A stretch of 64,000 bases of DNA from Leidyana gryllorum EB-2025a. Taxonomy: Eukaryota; Protista; Apicomplexa. The stretch is taken from the NCBI GenBank assembly GCA_048772705.1, contig JBLWGC010000173.1, positions 124,001-188,000 on the forward strand, read 5' to 3'. A program made the translations under genes and the position numbers. Of this stretch, positions 33,242 to 45,500 are shown one piece after another (within the stretch, counting starts at the first letter, position 1; every line of letters begins with the position of its first letter). The notes beneath the pieces were generated by a model. That model saw nothing but the letters and a program-made list of their open reading frames with translations. It was not told the DNA's origin and did no database searches.

Positions 33242-35308
33242 CTAATCTGTGTGAGTCAGCCCGTACGATTCTGGGGGCTCTTCGAATGTGTTCCAGCACG
33301 CTTTCCTTATCTGTGTGGTGTTGTGGCTACACACATTTTTCCAACCCTCCATTTTGTAATTGGGCCATCCAGGATACAGATGTACCATCCAATCGCCGGG
33401 AGCCCAAGCGAGGTCCGGTCTGTGTCTGGAGGATAGCAGAGGCTCCCGCAGGACGCCTGCAGTGAGACGTTGGGGCAGGATGCCTATGTCCAGACCACCT
33501 GTGTTCGATCCCAACTCGTATGTGACTAGAGGTTGATACTTTTCGAGATGTCGCATAGCTTCTTTCTTCTTCTTGAGTGGCTCTTGGATATCTTCCACTT
33601 TCATTCCGAATTCACGCTCGAGAACGAAGGTGAAGACGCCTTGATCTGTGTCCCAGTACTTCATCACACTCTCCTCTGCGAGTTTTCGGTCGCGGACGAA
33701 CATGGTGATGGTGTCGACGAACACCAGCATCGGCAAAATGGACTCTGATCTACGCCAGTAAATGAAACCGGTGTTAATCGGCAGCTTCACATCAATACTG
33801 TCGACAGGGTGGTCCTTAAAAGCAACAAAGTCGCAGCCCACGAGCAGCAAAGAGTCTTCGATGCTGAACCTCTCCATCGCGGGCGGCGACTTGTGTTTCT
33901 TCAGTGGTTTCTTTGAGACCCCAATAGTGGTCAGTGGGGCTGCAGCCGGTGGGGGAGCGTCCTCTGCAGCCGGGACATCTGCATTAACGTCACTCTTTGG
34001 TCCTGACCCGGCCTCCACGATGGGGTCTCCCGCTGGCTCCTGTCGGTCTTCGTCTTCCAGGACTGGAGGTGACTTGGCGTCACTTTCGGAGGGCGACTTC
34101 ACCAACACCGGTGGCTGGTTGGGGGGTGGATTAGGTGCCTCGGCCTGCGTGTCTCCCATCAATGCACGATGATCGGGGATGTAGAACAGCTCGTCGAGGG
34201 CACCGGCGGCCTCAGCTTGAGATGCAAAGTCCCCACCGGCCTGGTTGGCGCTGGGGGCGTCTGGGTCACTATCACGAGTGAGTTTCTCCAGATCGGGTGT
34301 GTGGGGGAATGTGGCGAGAATGCGTTTGAGCCATTCGTCCAGAGAAAAGTCGGGCTTTGTCACCAGGATGTCTTCATCCAAATACAATATGTGTCTCGTT
34401 TCGGGTGGTGCTTCTTTCCACAGTTTGAGCAAAGCTATAAATTTGAAGAAGTATGGATCAATCGGCGAGGCGCAACCTGTGTTGCCTTTGGGTAAATGAG
34501 GCTGAAGAATGCTCCCTTTCGCCTTGGGGACAACGTCCCAAATCTCGGCCGCATACTGCGTCAAATTAGCGGGGTATAAATCCAGGCGACGCTCGTCTTC
34601 ATGGTGTTCGAGGTACTTTGTCTTGCATCGCATATGCCAGTAGCAGTAGCCATGCGTCATCGCAAAGACTTTCCGGTTGAATATTCCACGAGGCATCGGC
34701 GTCGGGTCATCCCGATGCCAATCTCGGTTCCCAGCGGTTACGAGGATAGTTGTACAGTTCACATATAACGGGTCTTCATCGGTCGGAGGCAAAGGAGGAG
34801 CCTCCTCGTCCGGATGTTTGTAGTAGGCTGGCAAGTTGTAGTACGGCGTCTCCACCAAGAGCGACTCTTCACCATCAGATCCTGGTGGAGGATGGATCGC
34901 AGGATGATTCTTGTAGACACCGTCTGCTAGCGTGACACTGTCTTCCGAAGAAGGACTGTGGACCCATCGGAACTCAAAGTCATCTAAACGGATATTCAAT
35001 GACTCCTTCAGCAAAAGCTCCACTTTTCTCCATATGTCAACCACTGCCATCCCTTCCACCTCAGCACGTAATCGAACAGCATCAGGACGGCCATCATCCA
35101 ATAAAGGATAACTATGGAATATACTTGTTGGATCTGCACGCAACACTCGCTCCTCCGATGTCGATGACGAGTGGTATACACATATTGAATAGATACTCAA
35201 GTTTAAGAGGCCCAAAAGGAGCACACCGATCACCCATCTACGACGGCAGTGACTCCTCACAAAATACACCAAATCAAGAAAGCCTAGCCCCCGTCGCCTA
35301 AGCTCCAT
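33242..35308 (-). CDS. Type II membrane glycosyltransferase, GT34 (Mnn10/Gma12)-like, single exon
   Basis: N-terminal signal-anchor (WVIGVLLLGLLNLSIYSICVY), NRKVFAMTHGY, FFKFIAL, ILYLDEDIL (DxD), INTGFIYWR, DQGVF, WAPGDWMVHLYPG. Confidence 0.75.
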   Translation of the reverse strand: MELRRRGLGFLDLVYFVRSHCRRRWVIGVLLLGLLNLSIYSICVYHSSSTSEERVLRADPTSIFHSYPLLDDGRPDAVRLRAEVEGMAVVDIWRKVELLLKESLNIRLDDFEFRWVHSPSSEDSVTLADGVYKNHPAIHPPPGSDGEESLLVETPYYNLPAYYKHPDEEAPPLPPTDEDPLYVNCTTILVTAGNRDWHRDDPTPMPRGIFNRKVFAMTHGYCYWHMRCKTKYLEHHEDERRLDLYPANLTQYAAEIWDVVPKAKGSILQPHLPKGNTGCASPIDPYFFKFIALLKLWKEAPPETRHILYLDEDILVTKPDFSLDEWLKRILATFPHTPDLEKLTRDSDPDAPSANQAGGDFASQAEAAGALDELFYIPDHRALMGDTQAEAPNPPPNQPPVLVKSPSESDAKSPPVLEDEDRQEPAGDPIVEAGSGPKSDVNADVPAAEDAPPPAAAPLTTIGVSKKPLKKHKSPPAMERFSIEDSLLLVGCDFVAFKDHPVDSIDVKLPINTGFIYWRRSESILPMLVFVDTITMFVRDRKLAEESVMKYWDTDQGVFTFVLEREFGMKVEDIQEPLKKKKEAMRHLEKYQPLVTYELGSNTGGLDIGILPQRLTAGVLREPLLSSRHRPDLAWAPGDWMVHLYPGWPNYKMEGWKNVCSHNTTQIRKACWNTFEEPPESYGLTHTD

Positions 35309-35362
35309 CGCAGGTCCACCACCAATGTCCAAAAGACTTTCGTTTCCGCCAAAATCCTATTT

Positions 35363-36283
35363 CTAGGGCCATGCATCAAATTCGCAATCATCCTCTTCAT
35401 CTGAGTCGCACGTAGCTTGAACATGCTCCGGAGGCAACTCAGGAATCAGCTCCTCGTCTTTCTTGCTGTCCCATTGCTTCGCAAAGTAAACCCATATAGT
35501 CTTTAGATCCGCACGTCCCGCACCCCTCGAAAGATCGGGCATCTTCACTTCGCGAGCCTCGGGGAATCTTTCATAAGCCCATAGCTTGTTATCCGTAATG
35601 TTCCACGCAACAAACGCGAATGAGAAACGATCAGCTGCGGCAACAAATGTGAAGAAGATTCAAAAGTCAAATAGCGGGCAGCACACAGCCACCAACGCCG
35701 TATCATTCATCCTGCCAGAGGAGGAACACTCACGATATGTGCATGTTGCAATGTCGATAACTTCGGTCTGCCACAAATCCTCCACGCCATTCTCATGCGG
35801 ATCGTATATCATTGTTTCAAAAGACCGATCCAAATAGAAGCTCAGTAGTGTCCGCGGGTCTTTGTGCGGCCCGATTTGCTCGAGAACATCTGACTCTAGC
35901 GAGTCGCCGGACGAGTCGGATTCTTCAGATTCATCACTGGATGAGTAGCTGTCATCATCCGATCCATCACGTGAGCCAGCTGGAGTTTTCCGTCGTTTAG
36001 AAGCCCTTTTCTTATCGACTAAAGCCGAGAACTCTTTGAAGGAGTCTTGGACACCCTTCTGAAACCTGCAGAGCCGGTCATTTCTCTTTGTGGGGGACGA
36101 TTCCACACACGTGTGTGCAGCGTGAGAACACGACGAGCGCACTCACTTTCTCCAGAAATCTCTTGTGGTTAAGTCCAGTAAGCCCAGCTCGGTGATGGAG
36201 CCGATGACAAACAACTTCACATCGCGACCCTTGGGGGGTTTGAACACAATGTCAAACCTCAGCTTGGTGTTGCCCGTCGCCAT
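35363..36283 (-). CDS. CBM20 (starch-binding)-like domain protein, 3 exons
   Basis: LRFDIVF...LFVIGSITELG, later LWQTEVIDI, FSFAFVAW, WAYERFPEAREV and YFAKQWD. This is a CBM20-like pattern interrupted by an acidic/Ser insert. Confidence 0.55.
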
Positions 36284-36328
36284 GTGCAGGGAGCGGGTGC
36301 GAATATCAAAAAGTACAAAGTTGCCTGT

Positions 36329-39300
36329 CTAAAGCCTCCCCCTTCGTTTCAATCGATGTAGAAGTTTATGGGGAATCTCAACCGCAGGTGCCCATGGAGC
36401 TTCGCTACATCGATAGAAGACTATATATGGTGTTTCTTCAGGTCGCTCTGGATGCTTCGACCTTTCGGCAACAACCTCATGGGGTTGACCTGCGACCTTG
36501 ATTCTGGTGACGTGTGAGTCATTGACCATGTAGGTGTGCCTATTGGGGACCTCCAAATCTGGAGGAATGTCTGTTGCGCCTGATTCCACAGCTTGCTGAA
36601 GCCAGTCGCATGGCAGGCAAGGCTCGGCCATAGCTCCGACCAGATAGTAATGACCCGAATTCGCGGTGGCTCCCTACGAAGGTGATGAGATGAGTAGGTG
36701 TTTTATCAAACCCAGTAGGAAGTGGATGGGGCATTAGGAGTGTGTCTACATTGCAAGACCATCAATGCTTACCGTATGCATGATAGCTGCGTATAGCTCG
36801 TAATGGAACTTTCCCAGATGTATGTGTGGGTTCAGATAGACAGTGTCCCGCAATTTATCTTTCTCTCTGCGTTCGGCATTCCATCCAAACCGGTTGAGGG
36901 TGATCATGAGATGTCGAGGGGCGGATTGCACACTGAACCACTTGATGGCCTTTCGTCTCTTCTTGCACTTATCACACATATAGGCGTTGGATCCCTCGAG
37001 AGTCTCTTTGGCGAAGAGTCTCTCAATCAGCATTTCGATTGAGACTCCTGCGAGACTTGACATCTGTTTGCGTCAGAAAAGACTCACTTTGTCCATTGAG
37101 ATCTGGTCCAAGAAACATGGAGAGATCCTGGATCACTTCATCCCTCTCCGACTTGTAGCCACAAACAGTGCATTGCACATGATTGATGGCCACACCGGCG
37201 AACACTGACCGCACAAGTTTCTGTTGTTGGCCTCCAAGTGCCGCGAAGAGCCACCTCCCAAACTCGCTCGAGTCGTGCTGCACTCCCCGCGGGAACTGAC
37301 GTTGGATAGTTTTCACAAAGTCGTCAGGTTCAATAGCCGATCTGAGAAGGGTAAGTTGCGTCAGTCAATGCCATTCAAAGTGTGTCTCACTCCCGAGTAG
37401 TCAACATCTCTGCGAACAGTAGTTGCAGCTCTTCCAATACCGTCTGGCTGGTATCCGCTGTAAATATACCGTTGTGAAGACCACCGCGAGATAGTTACAA
37501 TGCGTCTCACCATCGTCTTCGTTCAGTGTGAATCGGAATAAATTCGTCACAAACGGTTGTGTGTGGAATAGGGCTTGCAGAAACGAGTTCGCATAACAAG
37601 CTGTGGGAAGTAAATGTCTCGGAGACGAAACATCACTACACCTCACTGTTCCCAAGATTCCGTAGTCCCGGAGCTCTGCGTCGTCGACTGACAGCTTTCC
37701 GAGACTTTTGCGCCATTTCAGGCGGCCAGGGTAGATCTGCCAATGGCATTGTTGGAGACAGCCCAGCCCAATCTCTCACCTTCATAGACCAGAGGAGTCC
37801 GCTTCGTCGTCCCTTGTGGCGGTATCTGCGTCAAATCCTCCACAGTCGTGTCGACTTGAGAAGGGTCCCATTGCAGCAGCTGCTGCTGTTGGTAACTCGC
37901 ATCCCATCCCCAAGGAATCATCGTTTGGATATTATTATTATCTGTGGTCACAGTCCCACTTGGAATATGGCTCCTCATAGACGCGGCAGTGCCGTAAGCC
38001 CCCGCGCTCGAGGAATAGGGTAACATGGAGTGAGGCCCGTATGAAGGACCCATTTCATTGTACGGAATCATTTGTGTTCCTCCGTTTGGAACCGCCCAAC
38101 CCGCAGCTTGTTGTCCACGGGACACTCGCGGCCGCAGCCACCTTCTCATAGTCATCTGTGTGTGCTCGTCCAGTTCGTGCATGACAGCCATAGGTGGGGC
38201 GGGTGGAAAAGCTCCAACAATAGGCGTCGACATTGGAGGAGCTGCTGCCGCCAATGTCATGCTGCTGTCGACTGGAGGATGGTACACGGGATCTGGAGGC
38301 ACTGCTGCATTAGAATTTGGCCGACCATTATGACTCTTGCGTCCTCGAGCAGACTCTTCTGTCAGTTTGCTTTGATACTTGGACGACTCAGCTGTGGGAA
38401 AAGGGCGTTCCGAAGGCGACGCCCAACTCAGATCGGGACTCATCCAACTGTCAACAGTTGGTTTTGCGTCTCCAGACACGCCCATAATAGGGACACTGCC
38501 CACTCCTTGCGGCAACTGGCTGAGCACCAGATCAATCAGCAGCGGATTCTGTTGTTCCTGCAGAACCATAGCGGATGTCTGACGCTCAGCGACAGAGCCC
38601 TCCCCAGACGTGCTCAGCCCGTCCGGACCGTTCGTAATCAGCTTGTCCACTTCAGCCATCACTTGCTCAGCAAAGTTCACCAGAGACTGTCTGACGGTGG
38701 CAGTGGTACGAGCGATGTCCAAAAATCGCTTCAGGGCGGGAACAATGCTGCTGATGAAGCGCGGGACATCAGGGTCAATTGCCACTGTGGAAACGCACGC
38801 GCGCGCGCTGTATTTTAGAAGGTAATTCCGTTCGAATCCCACCTGGATAAGGACCATCTCGAATCAGATACATCAGCAAATGCAGCGCGTCCTCAACATT
38901 GGTTGGCGTCGCCGCCTTTGCCGTCACCATTCTCATGGCCGTCTCCAGAAAGCCCAGAACGGTACCGTCAGTGCCAGACCGATCGAGAGTCTTTAGTCGA
39001 ACTATCTGAAAGTGCAAGCGGGATCCATCAGCAATCTTTGGAATGAATAGCTCCTCACCCGTAGCATTGCAGCCATAAAGTCGTATAGTGGTACGCGACG
39101 GGGACCCCCGGAATCCTCAGAGTCTGTGAAAGACACACGGGTTTATGGCTCCACTTTCACACAGTGTGCATTACCCATCAAACACTGTGCTCGGGGTGTC
39201 GGACCCCAAGCGAATACTGTCAGAGTCATCCACAGACGCATGAGCTGTGATGGGGTGAGTCCAGCATCCACGTGGGCCTCCCAGATGGCAAGATAGTGAG

Positions 39301-41311
39301 CCGGATCGCTCACAACCCCGAGAACAAGCTCAAAGTCTCGACTTAATTCCTCCTGAGGTCCACTCAGCAGTAGACACTGCCACCACCAACTCATCCAATA
39401 TAACGACCGCGAAATACTGAGGCCAGACTTTAGTCTGTCGATGACGGGTGTGTGTGTGTGTGTGTCAAGTTGTCAGATCACTCGTTGTTATACCTGACTA
39501 TGGGAGCTTCGGTGACCAGCTGTTTGAGGAGTAAAAGCAGAGAAGCTTTGTTGTCGAGTGAGTCATCCGTGAGGGCCATCCACCGGAGACACAGATCCAA
39601 TATGTCATGTTTGGTGTCCACCCATCTGTGGAGATTTTTGGAATCTCAGCAGATCACCTTACGTCCGATTCGTGGGAGGGATCTCCGTGCGACGTGAGGC
39701 CGTAACTGGACGGGAAGATGGATACTTAGCCCAGAGGTCGATGACCAGATCTCTTATTGGACATCGAGTCAAAGTTGTAACGTCCTTTTCTCCAGAAGCC
39801 AAAGTCAAGAGCCCCACAGTGTCGGCCGCACAACTCTCATTGGTCCATCTGCGGTGGAAGTGGAGTGTTGCGCCGCGGTGGTGTCTCACTGTTCCTTGAG
39901 TCCTATCATTTGGGAGAAGAAGTCGGCGGCGAGGGTGTGGCGTCCCAAGTCGGTGGGGGGGCGACCTCCTGTTGCCCCGAACAGTTGGGCGTGTCGCGTA
40001 GGCTGAATGACGTCTATGACTCCGGTGGCGTTGCAAAGCAGACAGTGACGCAGAGCAAAGAAGCAGTGCTCATCCAACTGGGACGTTTTGAAGTGCCTTT
40101 GGGAGGAATACTTAGAGAAAGTTGACATATGAGCTCACCGACCCCAGAAAGTCGAGTATCTCCGAGACATATTGCGGGATGAGATCCTGACTCCCGAGAA
40201 CCAGAACTTCTCGTATTCTGACATTCTTCTCTTCACCAGAAATCTTTAGGGAATGGAGGACTGCTTGCAGAGGGGACGGTCCCCGGGCGTTGCTGAGATT
40301 CTCTGGTGATGGGGGTCTGAGCACTTCCGCTGCCTCTTTTGGCCGTTCCCGTTCGCTCTCTGCTGCGCCGACTTTGCCATCCACAATGTCGACCCGCACT
40401 GCGAGGGCCTCAACATCGGACTTGCGCTTCCTATCAGCTTTGGTGGACTTGCTGTCCGCGCTCACTGGGCGCGGAATGTCTGTGGGACCTTCCGATTCAC
40501 GGCGCCGTGTGGCTCGGGTGATCTCTCCCGGTGCCGACGGAAAGATGGAAGCCAGCGATGTGGGGGCGTCCATCCCTTCCGGGCGGGAAGACGACGCCGT
40601 TCCTTTGTACGTTACGAAACGAGAGTCAGACAGAGACAACACCTGTGGCTGGGACGTGCAGGACGGTGGCTCCAGGTCACTCGGAGGAGACGGGGGAGCC
40701 ACATCGGCGGGATCGGTGGGAAGTGGTATGTCGGTCAGGTTCAAGGGCGGGGGTGGGATCCGGTCGGGGACTTTCAGAGCGGACCCAAAGGAAGGCCGCG
40801 GGTGATCATCGGCTGGTGTCACTTTGGCCAGCTTGGACGGAGGAGACGGGGGTTTGAAGGTCGTCTTTCGGCGTCGACGGGGCAGTTTGCTCGGAGGGGT
40901 GTCGGGGGCATCCAGGAGCGTTAAACCTTCGGTAGTAGGTGGAGACTGGGTGGCTGATTTGTGACGGCCAGAATCTGAAGGGTTGTCCCTCGAGACTCCT
41001 GCAGCCGGGGGGCTCTCAGCGGACGGCTGCGTGGTGGTGGGAGAACGCCTTAACGGAGAAGATATTGGAAGCTATCGAGCGCTGCAACTCACTACTCACT
41101 CCGACGACTCGTGCTTGGTGAAGGGGCGGTTGGCCGGGCTGCTGTTGTTACCGTTGTTGCTGTCGACAGTACCGGATTGGTGCTGTTGTTGGGAGGGTGT
41201 CGTCAACACCGCGATGCTAGTGTGTGACCCGCTTCGTTGTAGTGGTACATCGTCCGGGAAAGGAAGGTCACTGGCGGATATGGCCTGTGTGCTCGAGGCC
41301 CGCCCTCTCAT
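36329..41311 (-). CDS. Ubiquitin-specific protease (C19, USP35/38-like), multi-exon
   Basis: Cys box GLRNLGN|xCYANSFLQALF, QHDSSEF, CTVC...LEGSNAYMCDKC, APRHLMITLNRF, His box YELYAAIMHT|GATANSGHYY, VNDSHV. Long N-terminal helical and disordered region; the start is tentative. Confidence 0.88.
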
Positions 41312-41412
41312 TGGACCCGCGATCTAGAGTACTTACATACAGTGTGTGCAGGGGTGACAGTAATTATCATCAAATTTTCTAAACCCTCCTCGGAGATCCA
41401 CTACCAACGAGA

Positions 41413-42274
41413 ATGTCCTGCTGTGGAGGCTCAAAGAGTAAAACCGACAAATGGTCTACGTTCCCAGACGCGGCATACAATGGCAATGTTGAGAAGATGA
41501 AAGAATTGCTCAAGAAAGAGGGAGGCTCCAACCCAAAACAGTATGTCGACAAGAAAGATGACCAGGTATACACATAACCAATTCCTTTAACCGGCCGGGG
41601 CCAGCGCGTGTGTGGATGTGTGTGTACCTCGCTCATCTCTGCCTCTCGTAGGGATACACGGCGTTGCACCGAGCTTCCCAGAAGGGTCAGTGCGAGGCCA
41701 TCCGCTTCCTGATCGACAACAAGGCCGATACTGCCGCTGCAACAGCTGTAAGTGACCAGTGGTCTGTTCTCCCAGGTCAACACGCTCGCTCCTTGTCAGA
41801 ATGGGGAGTCCGCCCTCCACATTGCTTGCTTCCACCGAAAGAAAGACGCCGTTGCCGAACTACTGAAGACCGATGCTAAGAAGCATATCGACAGCACTGA
41901 TTCCAAGGTAAGACTTTGCACTGTCCACCGTGCTGCTACAAACCGCTCTTAGCATGGTATGACTCCGCTGCATATTGCTGTCTACCGCGGGGCCGAGGAA
42001 ATCGCTCATTTACTGATTCAAAATGGAGCTAACCCACATGTTGAAGATAAAGTAAGTCTGCTGCCTGAGTTTGTGGCTGACGTGGTATTTGCGATGGATG
42101 ACTCGCTCCGTGTGTCCTTGGCTATCTATCTGTTCATTCTGCATTGCGCTGCAGCAAGGTCAGACTGCCATGAAGTTGGCCGAGTTCTGGAGGGATCAAG
42201 AGGCTGCGGGGATGTCGTCACCTCAAGCTCATCATCGACAGACCTATGAGGTGATGATGAAGGCAAGCAATTAG
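41413..42274 (+). CDS. Small ankyrin-repeat protein with N-terminal Cys-Cys, 5 exons
   Basis: MSCCGG..., GYTALHRASQKG, GESALHIACFH, GMTPLHIAVYRG, GQTAMKLA. Confidence 0.88.
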
Positions 42275-42419
42275 GAAGATATCGACAAAAGATGCACACA
42301 CAGCTCCTTTTTGAGCAATTTCTCGAACCATTTGTCGCCCCGAGCGCGCGCGGACTCCATTGAGTGTATTCGAGCGCTAGACACAAAGGCACACCAGAAA
42401 GTCAAAGGCGCTCACGATC

Positions 42420-42438
42420 TGTGTGTGTGTGTGTGTGT
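42420..42438. repeat. (TG)n microsatellite
   Basis: Read directly. A similar (GT)9 tract lies at 39448-39465 in a USP intron. Confidence 0.9.
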
Positions 42439-42574
42439 CTGTGTCTCGGTTCGGTGGGCAAGGGTCTGGGTGGCCGGCGCTCTTTCTCGATCTGTTCTCA
42501 TCTGCTCTTGTTGTCTGGAACTTTAGCTCGGGTTATACATTGACAGGCGTATGGGGGTACCATGATTGAAAAAA

Positions 42575-45500
42575 ATGAGGTCTGCGCCATTGCAGGAGAG
42601 GCAAGGGGGTGTGCCTGGGTCGTTTGCTGCTGGAGAATGGCCCTTTGATGGGAGGTCGAAAGGAGTATTACATTGGATCGCGAGGAAATTAGTTTTGAGT
42701 GGACGTACGGAGCGGGCGGTGAGGTTTGCATTCCCATTACCGTTGGCACTATGGATTACGTACAGAAATCCGCTCAATCTACGTCTTAATTATCTAACAG
42801 CGGTGCTGTACACGATATTTGCTGCATTATTTCCCCCGTCGCCATCTGGCGCCAATCTGGTTATATTCCTGGGTGTTTTAGGGGCTGTGATTGGTGTGGT
42901 TATCTCGACTGCATTTCTCGCGATACCATTGGTATCCAAGCTCTCGGTGAACGAAAGCGATGCTGTCATAGTATCCCTTTTTGGTGTTATTGCTCTCGGG
43001 AGCAGCGTCCTCCGTCTCGACGCATTGGGACCTTTGATGACAATCCCCTTATTTGCTGTGTTGTATAGCACTGTGCAAATAACGACTCAAGTGTACGTCA
43101 GTGCACGTGACGGTGTGGATCTCACCTTCCCTCGCACGACTTTAGGGTTGGTGGCGGGCAACTTGTCAGCAATATCTGACTTTTTGCGTTCGAAGGGACT
43201 CTTGTTCCTGGCCTACCTGTTAGACCGCTTCTTCGCCCACATCACGAACGAGTTGAGTCCATGTCACCTATTGCAGTATCCCGATATTATCCACCAAGGC
43301 GAGTGCGTCTGGAAAATACCCGAAAGCATTGAGCTCGAGAATGAGAATCTCCGCTTCCTCGCCAACGTTCCCGTTCTCATCTCCGCGCACCCAGATACGG
43401 GCCTCAACCTACACGTGCAGCCCGAAGGCTGGTTCCTGTCCTTCTTGTGGCTCGCTCGGGCGGAATATGGCATTATCTATGGCGGTGTGGTGCACAGTTT
43501 CCTCGCTATCGCTCTCTACGTCCTCTCGATCCATCTTCCGCCTCCCCGTTTCATGCGATCCGTCCTGCGAAACGGGATACAATTGTGTGTGGGAACATTG
43601 CGAAGATGGAACATCGTAATGGCTCAGGGGATGGGACTCGTCCAGCCGCGCCACGTCGTGGCCCTCGGTCAAACAGTTCCCGACAACCTCCCTCCCGCGG
43701 GCAGTGTGATGCTGTCCTTTCGGGATGACAAACACTGCCGTAAACGATCCTGCCGGAAAATTGATCCCCCTGGAATGCTATCGGCTGATGTCCCCATCTC
43801 TCGCCTCGTGGGCAAAACTACCGCGCTCAAAGGCCCAATGTTACTGAGCTTATTGGAACATCTCCTATACTCCCCGTTGGGGGTCAACACTTTCCCGCAA
43901 ACCAGCCAACTGCTCTCCGCCATTGCGCGTGCAGCAACGCAGGCCAGCGCCTTGGAGCGTATGCTGCTTCTCGATGGACGCAAGGCCGCTTGGTCCCAAA
44001 TGTCTCGGAGATCGGAGAAGGAGTCTATCCTCCCCGTCAAGTGGGCTATTCGTGACCACAGTGTTCGTGTTTGGCTCAGTGAAGTCGTTCTGGACTGTCT
44101 GCGACTTCAATCCGAAATACAATCTGTTTTGAGCATCAAACCCGGTATCAACAAAGATCCCGGCCAACTGGAGCTCATCAAACGGGTTCTGTTCAAACTC
44201 GATTGGGAAGTGTGGAATATGGAACACAGACAGCAACAATTCGCCGCAATCCGTAGCCGAGAAGTTTATGTGTGGGTCACTGATGGTATCGGATCCCGAC
44301 ACTCCTATCTCGACACAACTGACGAGGAAGAAGTCGCTGCCGCAGAACGAAATGTCAGTCAGGCTCAAGCCATACTCAATCAGTTTGCTGTAAACTTTAT
44401 CGAGCAGCCCCTAATTCTGGCCACCCTAACCCAAAATTGGGCCCATCGACAAGTTCAGCGGTCTTTCCGATCTTTCGCGGTGTCTCTGGCCGGCTTCTTC
44501 ACACCCATCGGCCTCCTCCTCGCCCACTTCGTGCGTCAATGGATACGTGGAATCTCCTGCTTCCTCTTCCACTGGTGCTGCGGCTTTCTCCACCAAGAAG
44601 AACCCATACCATCTCTGCTGGACTCGGGCGCCTTTACGCCTCGGTGGCAGCAAAGCATCATCTCTCCCACTCCGACAACAGCGCCCACCTCGCGCATCAT
44701 GACAGAACCCACCACCTCCGAAGGAGAAACTCTGCGCGAGACCACTTGGCTGCGCAGATTGCTCGACCCTGTCATCGCTACTCCTTACGATTATCCCGCA
44801 TACGTTCTAGACAATGAGGCATTCAGGATGGGGGCACCGCCAGAGGTCAGAGAGTGCTTTGGATTGCGCACACCACGAATTTGGATCTGCCTCCGATTCG
44901 CCATTGGTGTTACGGGCTGCTTTGCGCTCACCATCTATTGCAGCGCTTGGAGTGATCGATTATTCCTTGTCGACGCCCGTCCGGTTCCGGAGGTGCTTCA
45001 AACCCTCGCGTCCTATGGTGCCGTATTAGACTTGGATTTCTATCGCAAAACACAAGTGGCGGCTTGGACATTCCTAGGCTTCATGACCACATTCTTGATG
45101 ACGTGGCAGGCAACCCTCAAGAGGGCAATCCTCAGAATTATTGGTGTTTGCGCAGGATGCTTCTTTGGATGGATGTGTATCCATCTCTGGCCCAGTCTCG
45201 ACGACCTCCCCGCACACATCACGTGGATCACCATAAGCACTTTAATTGTAGTATGGATTTCAAGCAACCCCGATAACATCATGACGTACCACCCAAGCTG
45301 GGGGTACGCTGCACAAGTTTTCACCTATCAACAAGTTATCATCGTGTGCTCTGCGTCTCTCGAACGCAACGAACCGGATGAGCTGGTCGTACAACGGCTT
45401 GTGGGACAAGCCGTGGGAGTTTCACTGGCCGTACTCGTCAGTTTGATCATCGTACCTACCGATGTCCACCGCACTTACCGAATGTATCTTGGAGCCATCA

